DNA of 64,000 bases from Anthoceros angustus (GCA_010909165.1 MU008216.1:124001-188000); one strand, 5' to 3'. Shown: positions 35,987 to 49,872, numbered from the stretch's first letter. Notes: generated from the letters alone by a model not told the origin. Numbers and translations are program-made.

Positions 35987-38467
35987 ATGAGCGCCGTCCA
36001 AGACACCATGGTGCGGAGCGCGTCCGCCAACTTCCCACATCTGACCAATGTGAGAACAAGGCTTTCGCCCAGTACCGTGTTTGAGGACATGGCGAGGATT
36101 GGGAGGCTGGAGGGGGCGGAGGAAGCTGCTCGCTCTTGGGAGGGTAGTGGTCGGGTAAGTAGTGGAGATGGTGGTTTGCAGCTGTGAGAAGACGTAGCAG
36201 CTTCTTTGTTGTCTGATAGATTTGGTGTTTGCAGACAGGTGGGAAGAGCAGGGGATGTCCTGCTTCGGATGGAGAAGGAAGGGAGTGCCACTTTGACACG
36301 CACTTACCAGGATTTGTTGCAGGCGTGCGTGAGGAAGAAAGCCTTGGCTGATGCCAAACTAGTGCAGGCCCATATGGTGAAGATGGGGATGGATTCTAAC
36401 AGGTTCTTGGCCGAGTCGCTGGTCAACGCGCTGGTCAAGTGCGGAAGCCTTGTGGATGCTGTTGAGGTGTTTGAAAGGTTGTCTGACAGGAGGGTGTTCG
36501 CCTGGACGGCCATCATCACGGGGTGCACTAATACAGGGCAAGGTCGTGAGGCTTTAGCCTGGTACCGGCGGATGAAACAGGAGGGGGTGCAACCGAACAG
36601 ATACACTTTTGTCACACTCCTCAGAGCTTGTGGTGGCTTGGGAGACCTGGATGAGGGCAGGCGGGTTCATTCTGAAGCGGTGAAGCACGGATGCGACAAG
36701 GATCTGTTTGTTGGGACTGCGTTGGTTGATATGTATGCCAGGTGCAGGAGCATGGTCGAGGCACAACATGTATTTGACAAATTGGTGAACCGTGATGTCG
36801 CAGTATGGACTGCCATGATTTCGGGGTATGCTCAGCTGGAACAAGGGGAGAAGGTTTTCCAACTGTATGCTCAGATGCTGGAGGAAGACGTCAGACCCAA
36901 TGACAGGACTTTGGTCAGGGTGCTGCAAGCTTGCTGTAGCCTTGCAGCCGTAGAGAAAGGCACATTACAGAATGATTTGGCAGTTAAGGTGGAGTCGCTG
37001 AGCAAGGGGATGGCTGTACATGCTGAAGCTGTTCGCATGGGTTATGGATCGGATGGTTTTGTTGGTAGCACTTTGGTGCACATGTACGCTATGTGCGGGA
37101 GCATGCGAGATGCACAACGTGTGTTTGACATGTTGCCACAAAACGATGTGGTGTCGTGGACTGCACTCATTACTGGCTATGCCCAACTAGGGCAAGGTGA
37201 GAAGGCCCTGCAACTGTATGCAAGAATGCGTGACGAGGGAGTCCTACCAAATGAGAGGACCATTATGAGTGCCCTGAAAGCATGTGCTAACCTCGCAGAA
37301 ATGGAGGTAGGGACCCTCGTGGACGGGCAATGCCTGAAGAAGGAGGCGTTGGAGAAGGGGAAGGCAATCCATGTTGAAGCTGCCTCGGGTGGACATGACT
37401 CACACTGGTGGATTTGCAGCTCTCTTGTGAGCATGTATGCAAAGTGTGGGAGCCTCGACTACGCCTACCGTCTATTTGAAGCGTTGCCTGAGAGGGACGT
37501 GGTGGCATGGACTGCAATGATTTCAGGTTGTGCCGAGCAACGGCAGGATGAGAAGGCTCTGGACCTTTATGCCCGGATGCAAATGCAAGGTCTTCAAGCG
37601 GATGAGGCTACGTTCTTGTGCATTCTGAGAGTGTGCAGTAGCATAGGGTCCGTAAATATCTGCCACCGAATACACCAGGATATCGTGCAAGGCGGATATG
37701 AGCACAGCATTTTGGTGGGAAATGCCCTAGTTCATGCGTATGGCAGGTGTGGCAGCATGGCCTGTGCTCAGCAGGTTTTTGACTTGTTGCCCCGGCAGGA
37801 CATATTTGCTTGGACGGCATTGATAGCAGGTTATGCACGACAAGCAGAGTGTGACAAAAGCTTGCAGTGGTTTGAGCAGATGCAACAGGCAGGTGTTCCA
37901 CCCAACGGAGTCACCTTTCTTGCACTCTTATCGGCATGCAGCTACGGTGGCCTAATCGAGAAAGGCCTGGAATATTTTGATGCCATGAGCAGAGACCACG
38001 GCATTGATCCTACTTTACAGCACTACACCGTCATAGTCGACCTTCTTGGGCGCTCAGGACTCTTGAGCCAAGCAGAAGACATGCTGCTCAAGATGCCGTG
38101 GGAGCCTGACTTGGCTGTGTGGTCGTCACTTCTCGCTGCCTGCCGCAACCACGGCAATCCAGCATTGGGAAGGCGCTGTTTCGAGGGCTCCATCCGGTTA
38201 GCCCCCAAAGAGGCAGCAGCGTATGTGCTGATGTCTCACATCTACGCCGATGCTGGCATGTTCGACGCAGCAAGAGATGTAGATGAGCTGAGGCGGAGTG
38301 CAGGTGCATGGAAAGAGCAGGGACGGTGCTGGATCGAGCACGATCAGGAAGTGCATTTCTTCACACAACACGAGCGCAAGCGTACAAAAGGGGAACGCGT
38401 ACTTGGGAAGCTGCGAGACCTCCAAGCGCAGCTCAAGCGAGGAGATCTTGCTTACAGACCTAGGTGA
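35987..38467 (+). CDS. PLS-class pentatricopeptide repeat protein, E/E+ subtype, no DYW domain
   Basis: The 753-aa ORF 36206-38467 has P-L-S triplets, E1/E2 (YTVIVDLLGRSG..WSSLLAACRNHG) and KEQGRCWIE, then stops. The start at 35987 assumes a GTAAGT..CAG intron 36155-36238 and is tentative. Confidence 0.92.
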
Positions 38468-39247
38468 AAGAATGTGGAGACTTATAAAAAGAACGAAATG
38501 GGAAATCCCATCTACCGCGAGGCGAAAAGGGACACCCCACGACGTGGGGCACCACACCGGGGGGGCGTGCCCCCGCACTAATCTACCTATAACCCCTACT
38601 CGTCCCCAAGATGTCGTCCGATAGAAAGGGCTTACTTACCGTTGGTGCCTCCGATGCCGTGTCTTCAGCACTCGCGATCGTCCTAAAGCGTTGGCCAAAG
38701 CCTTTCGCAAGGGCACGGAAATCTATTGCCTGAAATATGTAAGTTGTAAATTTTTCTAGTTGCGCTCCCTTTCGCCGCTCGACTGGAAGGTTGATGACGA
38801 CTAATAGAATCTTTTGTTGGGTCAGTGATCATCACGTTCGCTACTGCCAGGGTCGTCGATGGAGGCCACAGTAGCAGCCGAAAGAAGTAGGTAGTATATA
38901 CATTATACGGACACACAAATGTGATAAGTAACGACCAAATTGAAACACAATAATGCATTCACACATATAACAGAACAATCAGGTTTAGGGGTCCCGCCGC
39001 AGGTCGAGCTGCGGCTCCGTCCGGTGCCCCCCCTTCATGTACGGGCTGTCGCCGGTCGACCAGGCCAACAATGTACATATGTACATATGTACGTACATAC
39101 ATATGCGTTGGAAATTGGAAAATTGAAAGTCGTGAACGCCTCGTAGCCTAACGCCTCTTCCTCGAGCTAAGTGTATCGACACTGCCCTTCGCAGCCTGCA
39201 GCCAGCAGCCGAGCTGGTGAGTACGGGAATCTTCGGTGGGTGCAGCC

Positions 39248-41276
39248 ATGGCGTCTGTGCTGGGCAAGTCTGCGACTTTGATCGAGAAGGGTGTGGCAAG
39301 CAAGGAAGTGAGGCTCTTGCAGCGGGCCATGCGCCTTACTTTGGCCGGGCGGCGCCAGCTGAAGGCGTCCATCTTGGTTCCCTTTATCAAGCAGACCCTG
39401 CTGCCTGGTTCAGAGGCGCTTTCGCGTCTGCTACCCCCTATCGCCAAGGTGAGATCGTGCTGTCTTCCCTTCGATTCTAATTGGAGTTTGTGGAGCTGGG
39501 TCTTATGTTCTCATCGTCGCAGGCGGCAGAGGAGGAGGAGGCCAAGGGGAGGAGGGAAGGAGGTTATGATGTGATGGACGTCGATGCTCCCGCTGCACCG
39601 CAGACACAGCCTGTGTATAAGCAGGCCATGGTACCGGAATTGGAGATTTATACTTATTTGGTAGTCCTCCTTTACTTGATTGACCAGAAGGAGTATGATG
39701 AGGTCGGTCTCTTCTCCAGTTGTGGCAGTTTTGGTGGGTTGGGGAATATTGTGCCCTCCTCGTGGCAAGGATGGCTTTGAATGTGCTGCTACTGGTGTGC
39801 AGGCAAAACTGGTTTCCGCCTATGGAATAAGGAGGCTGCAGCAATTCAACCGTAGGACCATGGATGTCTTAGCAGCAAAGCTATACTTCTATTTTTCGTA
39901 CAGTTTTGAGCAAGCTGATGCTCTAGGACAAATTCGGGGGTATGTCGAGTCCATCTCTTTACGTTGCATTTAGGCAGTTCATTTAGAGTTTTTTTTGCCA
40001 TCAGGGTCCATATGTGGGGGGTAACCTGTTTCCTGGTTCTGCAGTGCACTACTTGCCTTGCATCGCACAGCTACGCTGCGACATGATGACTTGGGTCAGG
40101 TATGCTTCCATGTGAGCTGAATGTGAGTGTTTCGCCTTTTTTTGTGTCTCAGGGTCCTCCACTGAAGGCTCTGATGTTGACTTTCTGCTGTTTGGGATTG
40201 CTGCTATTTTCCGGGCAGGAAACCCTATTGAACCTTCTTCTTCGCAACTACTTGCATTACAACCTGTACGATCAAGCTGAAAAGCTGCGCTCCAAAACAC
40301 AACGTTCTGAGACTCATTCCAATCAGCAGGTGGGTACAGTAGTCACATAACGCTTTCCTGGATAGTTTGCATGGTTTTCTAACTCTCTTAATAGAATTGC
40401 AGCTTTGTCGGTACCTGTATTATCTGGGAAAGATACGAACCATTCAGCTGGAATATACAGATGCCAGGGAGTGCCTCCTTCAGGCTGCTAGGAAGGCACC
40501 AAGCACAGCGCGGGGCTTTCTGATTCAGTGCAATAAATGGGCTGCCATTGTGAGGCTTCTACTGGGAGAGATTCCAGAGCGCACAACATTCATGCAGCCT
40601 GGGTTGAAGGGGGCTCTGAGACCCTACTTTGAGCTTACAAACGTATGTCCATGGTCTCAAGTTTTGTTATTGTTGTATTGTGTCTTCACCCTCTGCGCTC
40701 ACCTAATATTGCATTCTTAAGCTGGGATCTGATAGCTGATCTGAATGTCACGTTCTGAAGGCTGTGCGCATTGGGGACCTGGAGCTGTTTCGCTCTACTG
40801 CAGAGAAGTATGGCAGTGTTTTCCTGAAGGACAAAACTCACAATTTGATTGTGCGACTCCGGCATAACGTGATCAGGACTGGGCTTCGGAATATCAGCAT
40901 ATCGTATTCACGGATATCACTTGCTGACGTTGCTGCCAAGCTACATCTTGATGCAACAATGACAGTTGCTGATGCAGAAAGCATTGTGGCGAAGGCCATC
41001 CGTGATGGGGGAATTGATGCTGTTGTTGATCATGCTAATGGATGGATGCAATCAAAAGAAACAGGTGACATCTACTCCACCCAGGAGCCTCAACAGGCTT
41101 TTCACTCACGTATTGCCTTCTGTCTTAACACACATAACGAGGTAGTCAAGGCATTGAGGTTTCCACCTGATGCTCATAAGAAGGAGCTGGAGAGTGCAGA
41201 GAAGAGACGAGAAAGGCAGCAGCAGGAACAAGAGCTTGCCAAGCACATAGCTGAGGAAGATGATGATGAATTCTGA
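39248..41276 (+). CDS. RPN3: 26S proteasome regulatory subunit RPN3 (PSMD3), 7 exons
   Basis: [12 protein letters not shown]; PELEIYTYL; [16 protein letters not shown]; [13 protein letters not shown] | [23 protein letters not shown]; [16 protein letters not shown]; [21 protein letters not shown]; [14 protein letters not shown]; AEEDDDEF*. Confidence 0.96.
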
Positions 41277-42480
41277 GGGTTTTGAGCTCTGAGAAACTTG
41301 TATTCGAGGGACTGCGATTTTGTCAGTCAGCGTGCGTGGAAGTGGCTCCCACTCGTTGTACGGTTGGGCAGGAAGAAGGACAGGATGAGCTCTTTTCAAA
41401 ATGTCGAGATGTTTCTAGAGGCATTTGTGTTCCTGGCGAGCCTTAACAGGTTCCGACTGAGGAGCTCGTGGGAGTCAGCTCAGTGTGTCACCCTTTCTCT
41501 GATGCTGACCTTCTCACAATTCCTGATCTGGACCAAAATGCGCAGCTCGGTGCACTTCCTGCCACCTCCATGGGCTTATGCTACTATGAGTGGAAGTGTG
41601 TAATCTCTTGCAGCCAGTCTCTTTTCTTGGAGCATCAGGTTGATGTCTTCCGTCAGATCCGTGGTTCTTCTGGAGATTCTGCTGCATCTCGGATTTTCAG
41701 TCTCTTAAATAAAAAGGAACATTGCACTCTTCATAGTTGGTGTTCAGCACATGTGGAGTACATACTATTAGGAAGTGTACAATTTGCAAACTCCTTGCCA
41801 CTGGTGATGTTATTCAACAGCTTTCGCATTGACCTGGATATGTTGATCAAACTGATATCATTCCGATCCAGTAAACCTTCCCAAAACGGTGTAGACAATG
41901 TCTCTTACAGCTCTGGCACCCCAGACTTTCATCGCAAATGGAAACCCTGTGGCATGGGAACAGAATGTAGCAAAAACTATCCACAGACGATGCGGTAATA
42001 ATCCACCGCATGGCGGGTGCATTGCACACGCCGCACGGGGCAGCAATAGTGCACCCAGCATATTTTATAAACAACCTCTACCCACTTTACGACGGGAGCA
42101 GCCCGAGAGAGCCCGGATGGCTGTGGGAGACGCCACCCGCCAGACCTGGTTTACCAGCAGCGGCGACACCATGGTAGACGCGTGTGACGAGCATGTTGTT
42201 CACGGTCACGGCAAGGTTTACGGACTCTCTGGACTACAATAGAAATAGGTTGGCGTCATGAGCTGCCCCTGCTGTCGCCCCTCGCCCAACAATCCTTCAC
42301 AGTTCTACAGCGAGGACGCGACGCAACTAGCTTTTGCTCAGCTTCCAATCCACTGCCGAACAAACGAGCCTCAGACGCACGCCCATTGGGGTTTGACCAC
42401 AAAACAAACTTGTACGTGCATAGAGAAAGAAGAACCAAGAGAACTACCTGCGACGGAGGCTGTTTCCGCAAAGCCACAAA

Positions 42481-44099
42481 TTACTGAGGGTCAGAACAAA
42501 TCCCCCATGCCCCTCCTACTACAGGTTTACTTGGTTCCACAGAAGACATGTGGTGTGGTGTGTTTGAGGCAGAGAAATCAGCCGGAGGCGGGACTTTAGA
42601 AAGATCAGAAATGAGAAGGGCGGATACAAGTGAACCGGCTGGAAGAATTCCACCTGCTTGAGGAAGATCCAACAGTGCGTTGGCGCCTTTCATGCTAAGG
42701 AGACGGCTGCTAGCCTGGGGCCCTGTGCTCTCTGCAGTAAATCTATTGAGACACAAGCCGACAGGGCAGGGCCTAAGGTAAGTGTCGTCCTTTAAAGGAT
42801 GCGACGCACACCCAAGGGAGGAAGATCAAAATACATACCCAACGGAAGACGGACCTGAACCAGCACTCCATCGAATGACCGCCCGGTGATACTCGGGCCT
42901 TTGGGGGTCTAGCTTGATAGGATGCAACGTTGTGGCTTGCACTCTGCGGTAACAACAATCTGAATGCATGACAAACTAGTGGACGAGTGACTGAAGAGTG
43001 TGAGCAAAAAAGAGAGCAGGGCCTGGGAGCCTTGAACCTGAAGAGGTGAGGATTCAACCAGCCTGCCATCTGTCGTATGGCAGGAAGAACAAAAATGTAA
43101 AAGCACACCAAACTGCTGACGGGATTCCCAGGAAGACCAAACACCAACATACTGGAACGCGGTTCCCCACCCTCTGCTTTCCTCTCGATGGATGCAAAGG
43201 TGATCGGCTTTCCAGGCTTGAGCAGCACCTGCACAAGAACATGCAGAATGTGAGTGCGAAATGCGCCTGAGGCACGAAGTGCAGACAGAGAAGCACGAAA
43301 GTGATCTGGGTTGCACCCGTTCAAAGTGCACTTGGCCCAGTTGCTGGAGAATAGGCTTGACATAGTCCCTGTCACCCATGGAAACCCCCCCAGTCGTGAC
43401 GAGAATATGCGCGTCCGAGGCGATGGCAGTGTGTAGGGCTTGCGTAACTGCTTCTGGGCGGTCGCGTGCAATGCCCAGATCCAGCACGCGGCATCCCAGT
43501 TCGGCACAAGCAGCCGCTAACATAGCCTTGTTGGAGTCACGAATCTGCAGCAAGCAGCATGGTTGTGAATTCGTCCCGCAGAGCTGACCGGACGTGGGGC
43601 TGGGCAAGGGCAGCGTCGCAAACCATGCCACTCCCCGGGGCGGAAGCCGTGAAGGGATCCACCAACTCGTCTCCTGTCGACAGGAGCGCCACCTTGGGCA
43701 AAGGATAGACCTGTACAAGAAAATTCCGGATGGTCAGCCGAACGAAGGGAAGCTAAGGTGGGTATCCCCAAGCCACCGTCACAGTGCAGTCACCTGAAGC
43801 TGGGTCACTCCCATGGATGGCAGCAGGCCCATGTCCCATGCCGTGATCCTGTGTCCAGCTTCCAGCACAGCCTGCCCATGGGAAGTGGTGTCTGTGTCTT
43901 CCTCCTGAACCTCGGCGTCGTCTCCTTGAGGAATTGGCCCTGGAGCATGAGACGGCTCCTTGATCGAATTGTGAAGCGGAGAACAGATGTCCTGTGCCAG
44001 AATGCAGTCCAGAACCTCCTGCAGCGGCCGTTCCACCGCTGCTAGCCTTTGGGCCCTCCCGAGCACGGTTGCGGAGGCCTCCGCTACCGAAATTGCCAT
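42481..44099 (-). CDS. CNX1: Molybdopterin biosynthesis CNX1-like protein: E (MoeA) domain only, with internal deletions; functional status uncertain
   Basis: ISVAEA..RLAAVERPLQEVLDCILAQDI; VALLSTGDELV; IRDSNKAML; TTGGVSMGDRDYVKP; KPGKP; GLPGNPVS; DPQRPEYHR; STGPQASSRLLSMKGANALL. No MogA/G domain is seen downstream. Confidence 0.8.
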
Positions 44100-45879
44100 C
44101 TTGCCGGCACTCCTCTGCTGCAGCTTCGCCTCTCAACTACACACCTACACATCGCTACCCTAGTACAGAGGTGGCTCCTGCTTCCTCTAAAGGGCAGTAA
44201 TCTCTTCCCGAGATGGATAGCACTGGGAGTGCTCGACCAGTACACTTGTCAAGTGTGAGAAGCATTTTCGCAAGAATTTACGAAAACCTCACAAATTCTT
44301 TGCAGCTGCATAACTCTTAGTCCAATATCTGCAATGTGCGGAAACTTGCGGTCAGCTACGTATGCGCCAGTCGAGGAGGTACTGAAATCATGTTGCAATT
44401 GTGGTGATGCATTAGGCCTTGCCGGCGGATAGAATTGCAGATTGATGGCAGCCGCGTCCGGCATGCTTCCCGACCCGGTGCCCGAGGCCCCCGCATGCTT
44501 GGAGTGACGACCGACAGACATTGCCTCTGTTTTACCTGGTTTTTCAGTGGATCATGACCAGCTTCTTTTTTTTAGTGGTCGACGTCATGTACGGCTTCTT
44601 CCGCCACATTCTTGCTCCCGAGCTTAAAATATCAGCAAAACTCGAAGCTGGTGGAGTCGTTTAGGTTGAGCAATGAGATATCAATAGATTATTTTTTATA
44701 GTGAATAAATTAGATATCTGTATTTCACTTAAAGGTTTCCGAAGCCCTCCAAAGCCCTGAAAACAATGAAGATCAATTAGTTAGGAGGCCTCTGACCCGC
44801 TGGTAGATCCTACACCAGCTAGAAGATTCGGCAAAGCCTCACAATAACCACCTATTGCACGCAAAGAATAATATTATATAGTCCCTAAATGGCCCTACAT
44901 TTGTTGTGGGCGAGACAACAAATACTAGAGATCATATTTCAGGCAGCCCTAAAGGGCCTTACAACATAGGGCCTCACAATAAGCAGGATACCAAGGGCCC
45001 AAGGTAATTGGGGATGGGTGACACCCCATTGATTCCGTAGTGACCCGACCTTAGGGTCGTTTGACCAAGGAGTTCCAATGAACTCATGGATATCATGTGA
45101 CTTCTCAAGAGAGGATGGTCCTTAACAAATTAACAATCATGAAACCCAATTCTAAGATTTTTAAAATGTCCGATCTCCGAGCTGACACACTTCCAGTTGA
45201 AGTCAGGCGAGACTGCGAAGATGGCTTACCGAAGAATTGACCAGTTGATACGTGACACGAAGATCATGAGTGACCGACTGGATGCAAAGAAGTACTTGCA
45301 AGCATTGCCATATGCGCTGCGCATGAAAGTGCAACAACCGATGCACAGCACAAAGAGGTACACTACACCCTCAAGGAAATGTACGAGATTGCTGACAAGA
45401 TAGAGCCCGCTGACACTTTCTCTCGTGGAGTATGTCCAAGCAAGCACTCCAAGGTAGTTAATGGCTACGTCACAACCCTCAATCAAGGTTAACACACTCT
45501 GCTCACTTACATCGTAATTAGTGAAACCTCTAAATATTTATGGGTTGCGTGCCTAAACACCATACAAATACTCTTCAATCTCATAGTAGTTCAAGGAGTT
45601 GAGGTGGGTGAGTTGGATACAACCTCGGTAAAAACTTCATGATTAAGTACCTTAGGTATGGATCAGTCTAAGTGTGGATCAATACTAGGATGGGATGCCA
45701 TTCAATTTGGAGTTTTGAATGGATAGCCAAAACGAATGGATGGATAACTCACCAAATGTCATCCTCTCCTTCCTTATCCCTTGAAATTCGGCTTCCAAGC
45801 GCCCAAGAGTATTTTACTCTTCTTTCTCCCTTGGCTGGTTGGCCTTAGAAGGCCAAGTTCCCTTGGGGAGGGCTTATTC

Positions 45880-46125
45880 CTCTCCTTGGACTTGGGCTTC
45901 TTCTTCTTGGCCTCAAGTCTTGGGACTTGGGTCTCTCCTTGTGCCTTAGGTCCCCTCTCTTGGCCTTCAGCCTTGGGACTTGGGTCTCTCCTTTTGCCTT
46001 AGGTCTCCTCTCTTGGCCTCAAGCCTTAAGGCTTTGGTCTCTCCTTTGGCCTTGGTTCCCTCTCTTGGACTCAAGCCTTGGTGCGTAGGCCTCTCTCTTA
46101 GCCTCAAGCCTTGGGACTTGGGCCT
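45880..46125. repeat. Degenerate ~51-bp tandem repeats (cttggcctcaagccttgggacttggg...)
   Basis: ttggcctcaag.cttgggacttggg.ctct recurs 4-5 times. Confidence 0.8.
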
Positions 46126-46214
46126 CTTTGGTGCTCTTGCCCCAAGCATTGGGCATACTTTTCAAGCTCCACCTTGGCTTTACACGGTCCTTTGCCTACT
46201 TGCCTAACGAGCTA

Positions 46215-46415
46215 AGCATAGCCTAGTATCACCTTAACAAGTCTAGCATCTCCTTAGCAAGCCTGCCATCTCCTTAGGAAGCCTAGCATGCCTAGCAACC
46301 CTAGCACACTAAGCCTAGCATTGCCTACCATCGCCTAACACACTTAACACACTAGCACGCCTAACAAGCCTAGCACACTAAGCCTTGCGAAGCCTAACAT
46401 CGCCTAACTTGTCTA
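46215..46415. repeat. Array of short (g/c)CTA(G/A)CA motifs
   Basis: About 15 cctagca/cctaaca-like units in 200 bp. Confidence 0.75.
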
Positions 46416-49400
46416 GCAAGCTTATCAATCCTAATTCGCCTATCCAGCGTACACAAGAGATCATAGCTTGTACCCCGACAAAGGTGCCTACCGTTTGTTC
46501 TCTCATGATGTTGCAAGTGCTCATTCCAACCCAAGCAGGAGTGGTGGACGACATGACCGACGCGGAAGTCAGAGTGGAGGAGCTCAACGAGACAAGGCTC
46601 ACACAGCCCAAGTGACGAGCCCCTGCCTGAGGTGCCGAGGGACGGACCATTCCCCTTATCAGTGCGAGCATGCATTCGGAGGAGTGAAGGGTGAGGAGTC
46701 GTGCCCTAGTTGTGGGAGGTACGGGCACAATGAAGTAGTGTGTTGGGAGAAGCATCCGGAATTATAGTCTACGGATACCAAGCAACAACCTCGGCCAATG
46801 CATTTGCTTCAACCTCGTGCACAAAATCAGCGAAGAGTAAAGACATTGGGGAGGAGGCAGCGGCGAAGTCCTGTGGACAGGAGAAACGGTTTGCACATAT
46901 ATTTGCATGTTAGATTTGTTTTTCTTGGTTGTTTGTCGAGGAAGTGCTCATATGAATGCAAGTGCTTACCTCGTGCGACAAGGGACAGAAGATCCTGAGG
47001 AATTCAAAGTATCAATTAACCTACGTGCAAGGACTGGTGTATAAATCTTGGAGCAGGATAGGACGATCCGGAAGGTAATCCTTGACTGTCACAGGGGAAC
47101 AATTGGTTGGGAGATTTGAGAAGGGCGCCGCATCCACCAAACGATTGAATGTGCCAGGGTCACAAGCTGGGGCATTAGGAAGTCGACCAGCTTGCCAATT
47201 GGAATTGGGCCAAGGCGCATAGTGGGGATCCGCATTGGGGCCCCCGAAAGGATCCGATTCCTTCTAAGCACACACCAACCCTAGGGCTTCGGCTTGCAAT
47301 TAGTGACACCCGTGTCCTGTAGGATTTGATCCAACGCTTCACAACTTTCTCCTCTAGCAAATCAAGCTAGTGCAAATTTTCTCAGTGGAATGAGAAACGC
47401 AACCTTCAGAAATGTTAACGTTGGTGGCGAGCTCTCGGCTACACCCCTAATCCAGATTTAACAGTTGGTAGATGGGGACCTTATTACCAAGCCTTTGGCT
47501 TCCATGGAGAGTAGCATCCACCATCCAGATGCAATCTATAGAGAACACAGAGTTTTGGCGGATGACGAGACATACGTAATTCCATATTTTACTGCAAGTC
47601 TCGTGTTTTAACTAGTAGTTATAGGCTACTAGCTGTCAGGGGTTGTATTTTGTATTCTTGTGCTGCTCAATATATATTAACAATCAACCGTGATTTCACG
47701 AAAAAAACCATTTGGCTTTTGTGGGGCGTACTGTGGGTAGTCGAGCATGCCATCCCCAAATAGCTTGTTTGAGTCTATGAACTAAATGAGATTCAACCCA
47801 CTTGGGCCTCGCTCGCCATTTATGGGGGCGAGCATCCATCCACGTATTGCAAACATTCCAAGATTAAATATACCGAAACCTCGGATGAATGAAGTGGGCC
47901 ATGTTCTTGAACGCAACAGGATTGCGAGAGTGGCGAACAGACTATGTTATCCCTAGGTCAAAGCCTTTGAGCCAGAATTACATCTTAGGGACGTCAACAT
48001 GGTGCGTGATACCCCACCTCAACAACGGAGGGTCAATGCAAATACTTTTGGGCATGGACAACAAGGCTCCCTCCACCAAAACGCAAAAGGTTACAAAACC
48101 TATGAAGGAGAAAGTTTGCAGAGCATGAGGAGGAGGATAAGGTACAGAGTCTGCTGAGGAGGAAAAGGCAAAGCTTGAGGACGAGAAGAAGGTTGTAGAG
48201 CATGAGGCTGATGAGACGGTTGCAGGGCCTGTGCGCGGGAGAAGGTTGTAAAGCGTGAGGATGGTGAGATAGTTATAGAGCATAAGAATGAGGAGCTTGG
48301 ACGACTTTTCTAACCTGAAGATCGGGGAGAATTTTGTGGTGCTATACCTCTACAAAGGAAACAAAAATTAACGAGTTTTATATTTTGCAATGTTGCTAAA
48401 TACTTTATAAACTTCCCAGGCATGTAAAACTAAGTCCTGAGAGAAACAAAGTTTCATGTGCTTCTAAACATGAACAACTGTGACAAGGGAAAACCACCCA
48501 CCTTGAAGTTGTCCCAGCTAGTTGCTGCTAGGTTCCACATTGACCTTCAATCACTCCATGGGGACACAATAAGGAGAAAGAGATGTACCCACTTCATCCC
48601 ATATTGCGAAAAAATTGAAATCGATAGCACTGCGCTGGAGGTGAGCAAGTCAAGGTCATCTATTTGTTGTCACCTTATTTAATGTGCCATTGTCCCTCAA
48701 TATAGTGTCTGAGTAGAAAGGGGTAGAAACATAGATGTCCAGTAACCTCTTTTTGTGCATGAACTTCCGCAAACGCTAAATTGCACACCAAAAAATCCGC
48801 ACGAAGAACGGTTGTTTCGAAGAGTTTAGGTCTTATTTACTCGTGTACAAATGTATTTGATTTTAAACTTTATCGAATTCTGTGATTTCCTGAAACAAGG
48901 TTATTTTCACGACCGGCAAGAATACAAATGTTTAGAATCTTTACAACTGTGATTTTGGTGCACAAACTTGTGTTTGCACTCACCCCTAGTCCATTCGTTT
49001 TCAATAAAAACACTTGACGGCGGACATGTAGAAACAACGTGTAACTCACGGTTCTGATCACCTTCATCCCTTCAAAATCGTAGTGTCCACCTATGGATGT
49101 GGCACAGTGTGACCAAATGAATATGCAGGGTGTGGCACCGCGGGTTTGAACACCATATTTTAATTACAAAACACCTTCCAAAAATGCCTAAAAAACGAAG
49201 AAGCAAATGCAAGTTTTCGCCCAATAAAAGACAGAATTTTAGCCATTTTGTCGAGAGTTAAAACATTTCTACGTAGACATTGTTGCATCTTATTTGCAGC
49301 AAATGACATTTGTTATTGCTTTTCAGCAGGCGAGAAGAGGGCGGAGGGGAAGAACAGGGGGCTCGGGGAGGGATATTTAACAGAATAGTGTGAATCATGC

Positions 49401-49680
49401 AATTCGGGGCTGCTCGCGGATCCTCAAACGGTCACATGAAACAAGAAAAGAGTACCCTTATGAGAGTGATATGTCTCAGCTTAAGCCTTAAATTGAAATA
49501 AAATATATATTATACACCATGTATAAAATATAAACCTAGAGCTCGCCATGTATAGAATTCCTAAAATCTTGTTGGAGAAGACATCCCTTGTACTAGAATA
49601 TAGTCTGGAATGTATTAAAATATTTTAAAATAAAACTAAATTTATTTCAGATTAAAATTTATAAAATATTGTATAAAGTT

Positions 49681-49777
49681 GTATGTATCTGTATGTATCT
49701 GTATGTATGTATGTATGTATGTATGTATGTATGTATGTATGTATGTATGTATGTATGTATGTATATATATATGTATG

Positions 49778-49811
<34 letters not shown>

Positions 49812-49872
49812 TGTATGTATGTATGTATGTATGTATGTATGTATGTATGTATGTATGTATGTATGTATGTAT
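49681..49872. repeat. (GTAT)n / (ATAC)n microsatellite, ~190 bp
   Basis: Direct reading; it accounts for the spurious YVCM/HTYI ORFs. Confidence 0.98.

Larger units (their letters stand above)
45197..48128 (+). mobile_element. Decayed LTR retrotransposon (Ty3/gypsy-like) gag + zinc knuckles + protease remnants, interrupted by a repeat-rich insert
   Basis: gag-like RIDQLIRDTKIMSDRLDAKKYLQALPYALRMKV; two CCHC knuckles CLRCRGTDHSPYQC and CPSCGRYGHNEVVC; protease-like remnants (RKVILDC; ATGLREWRTDYVI..YILG..QILLGMD). No RT or integrase was recognised. Confidence 0.65.
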
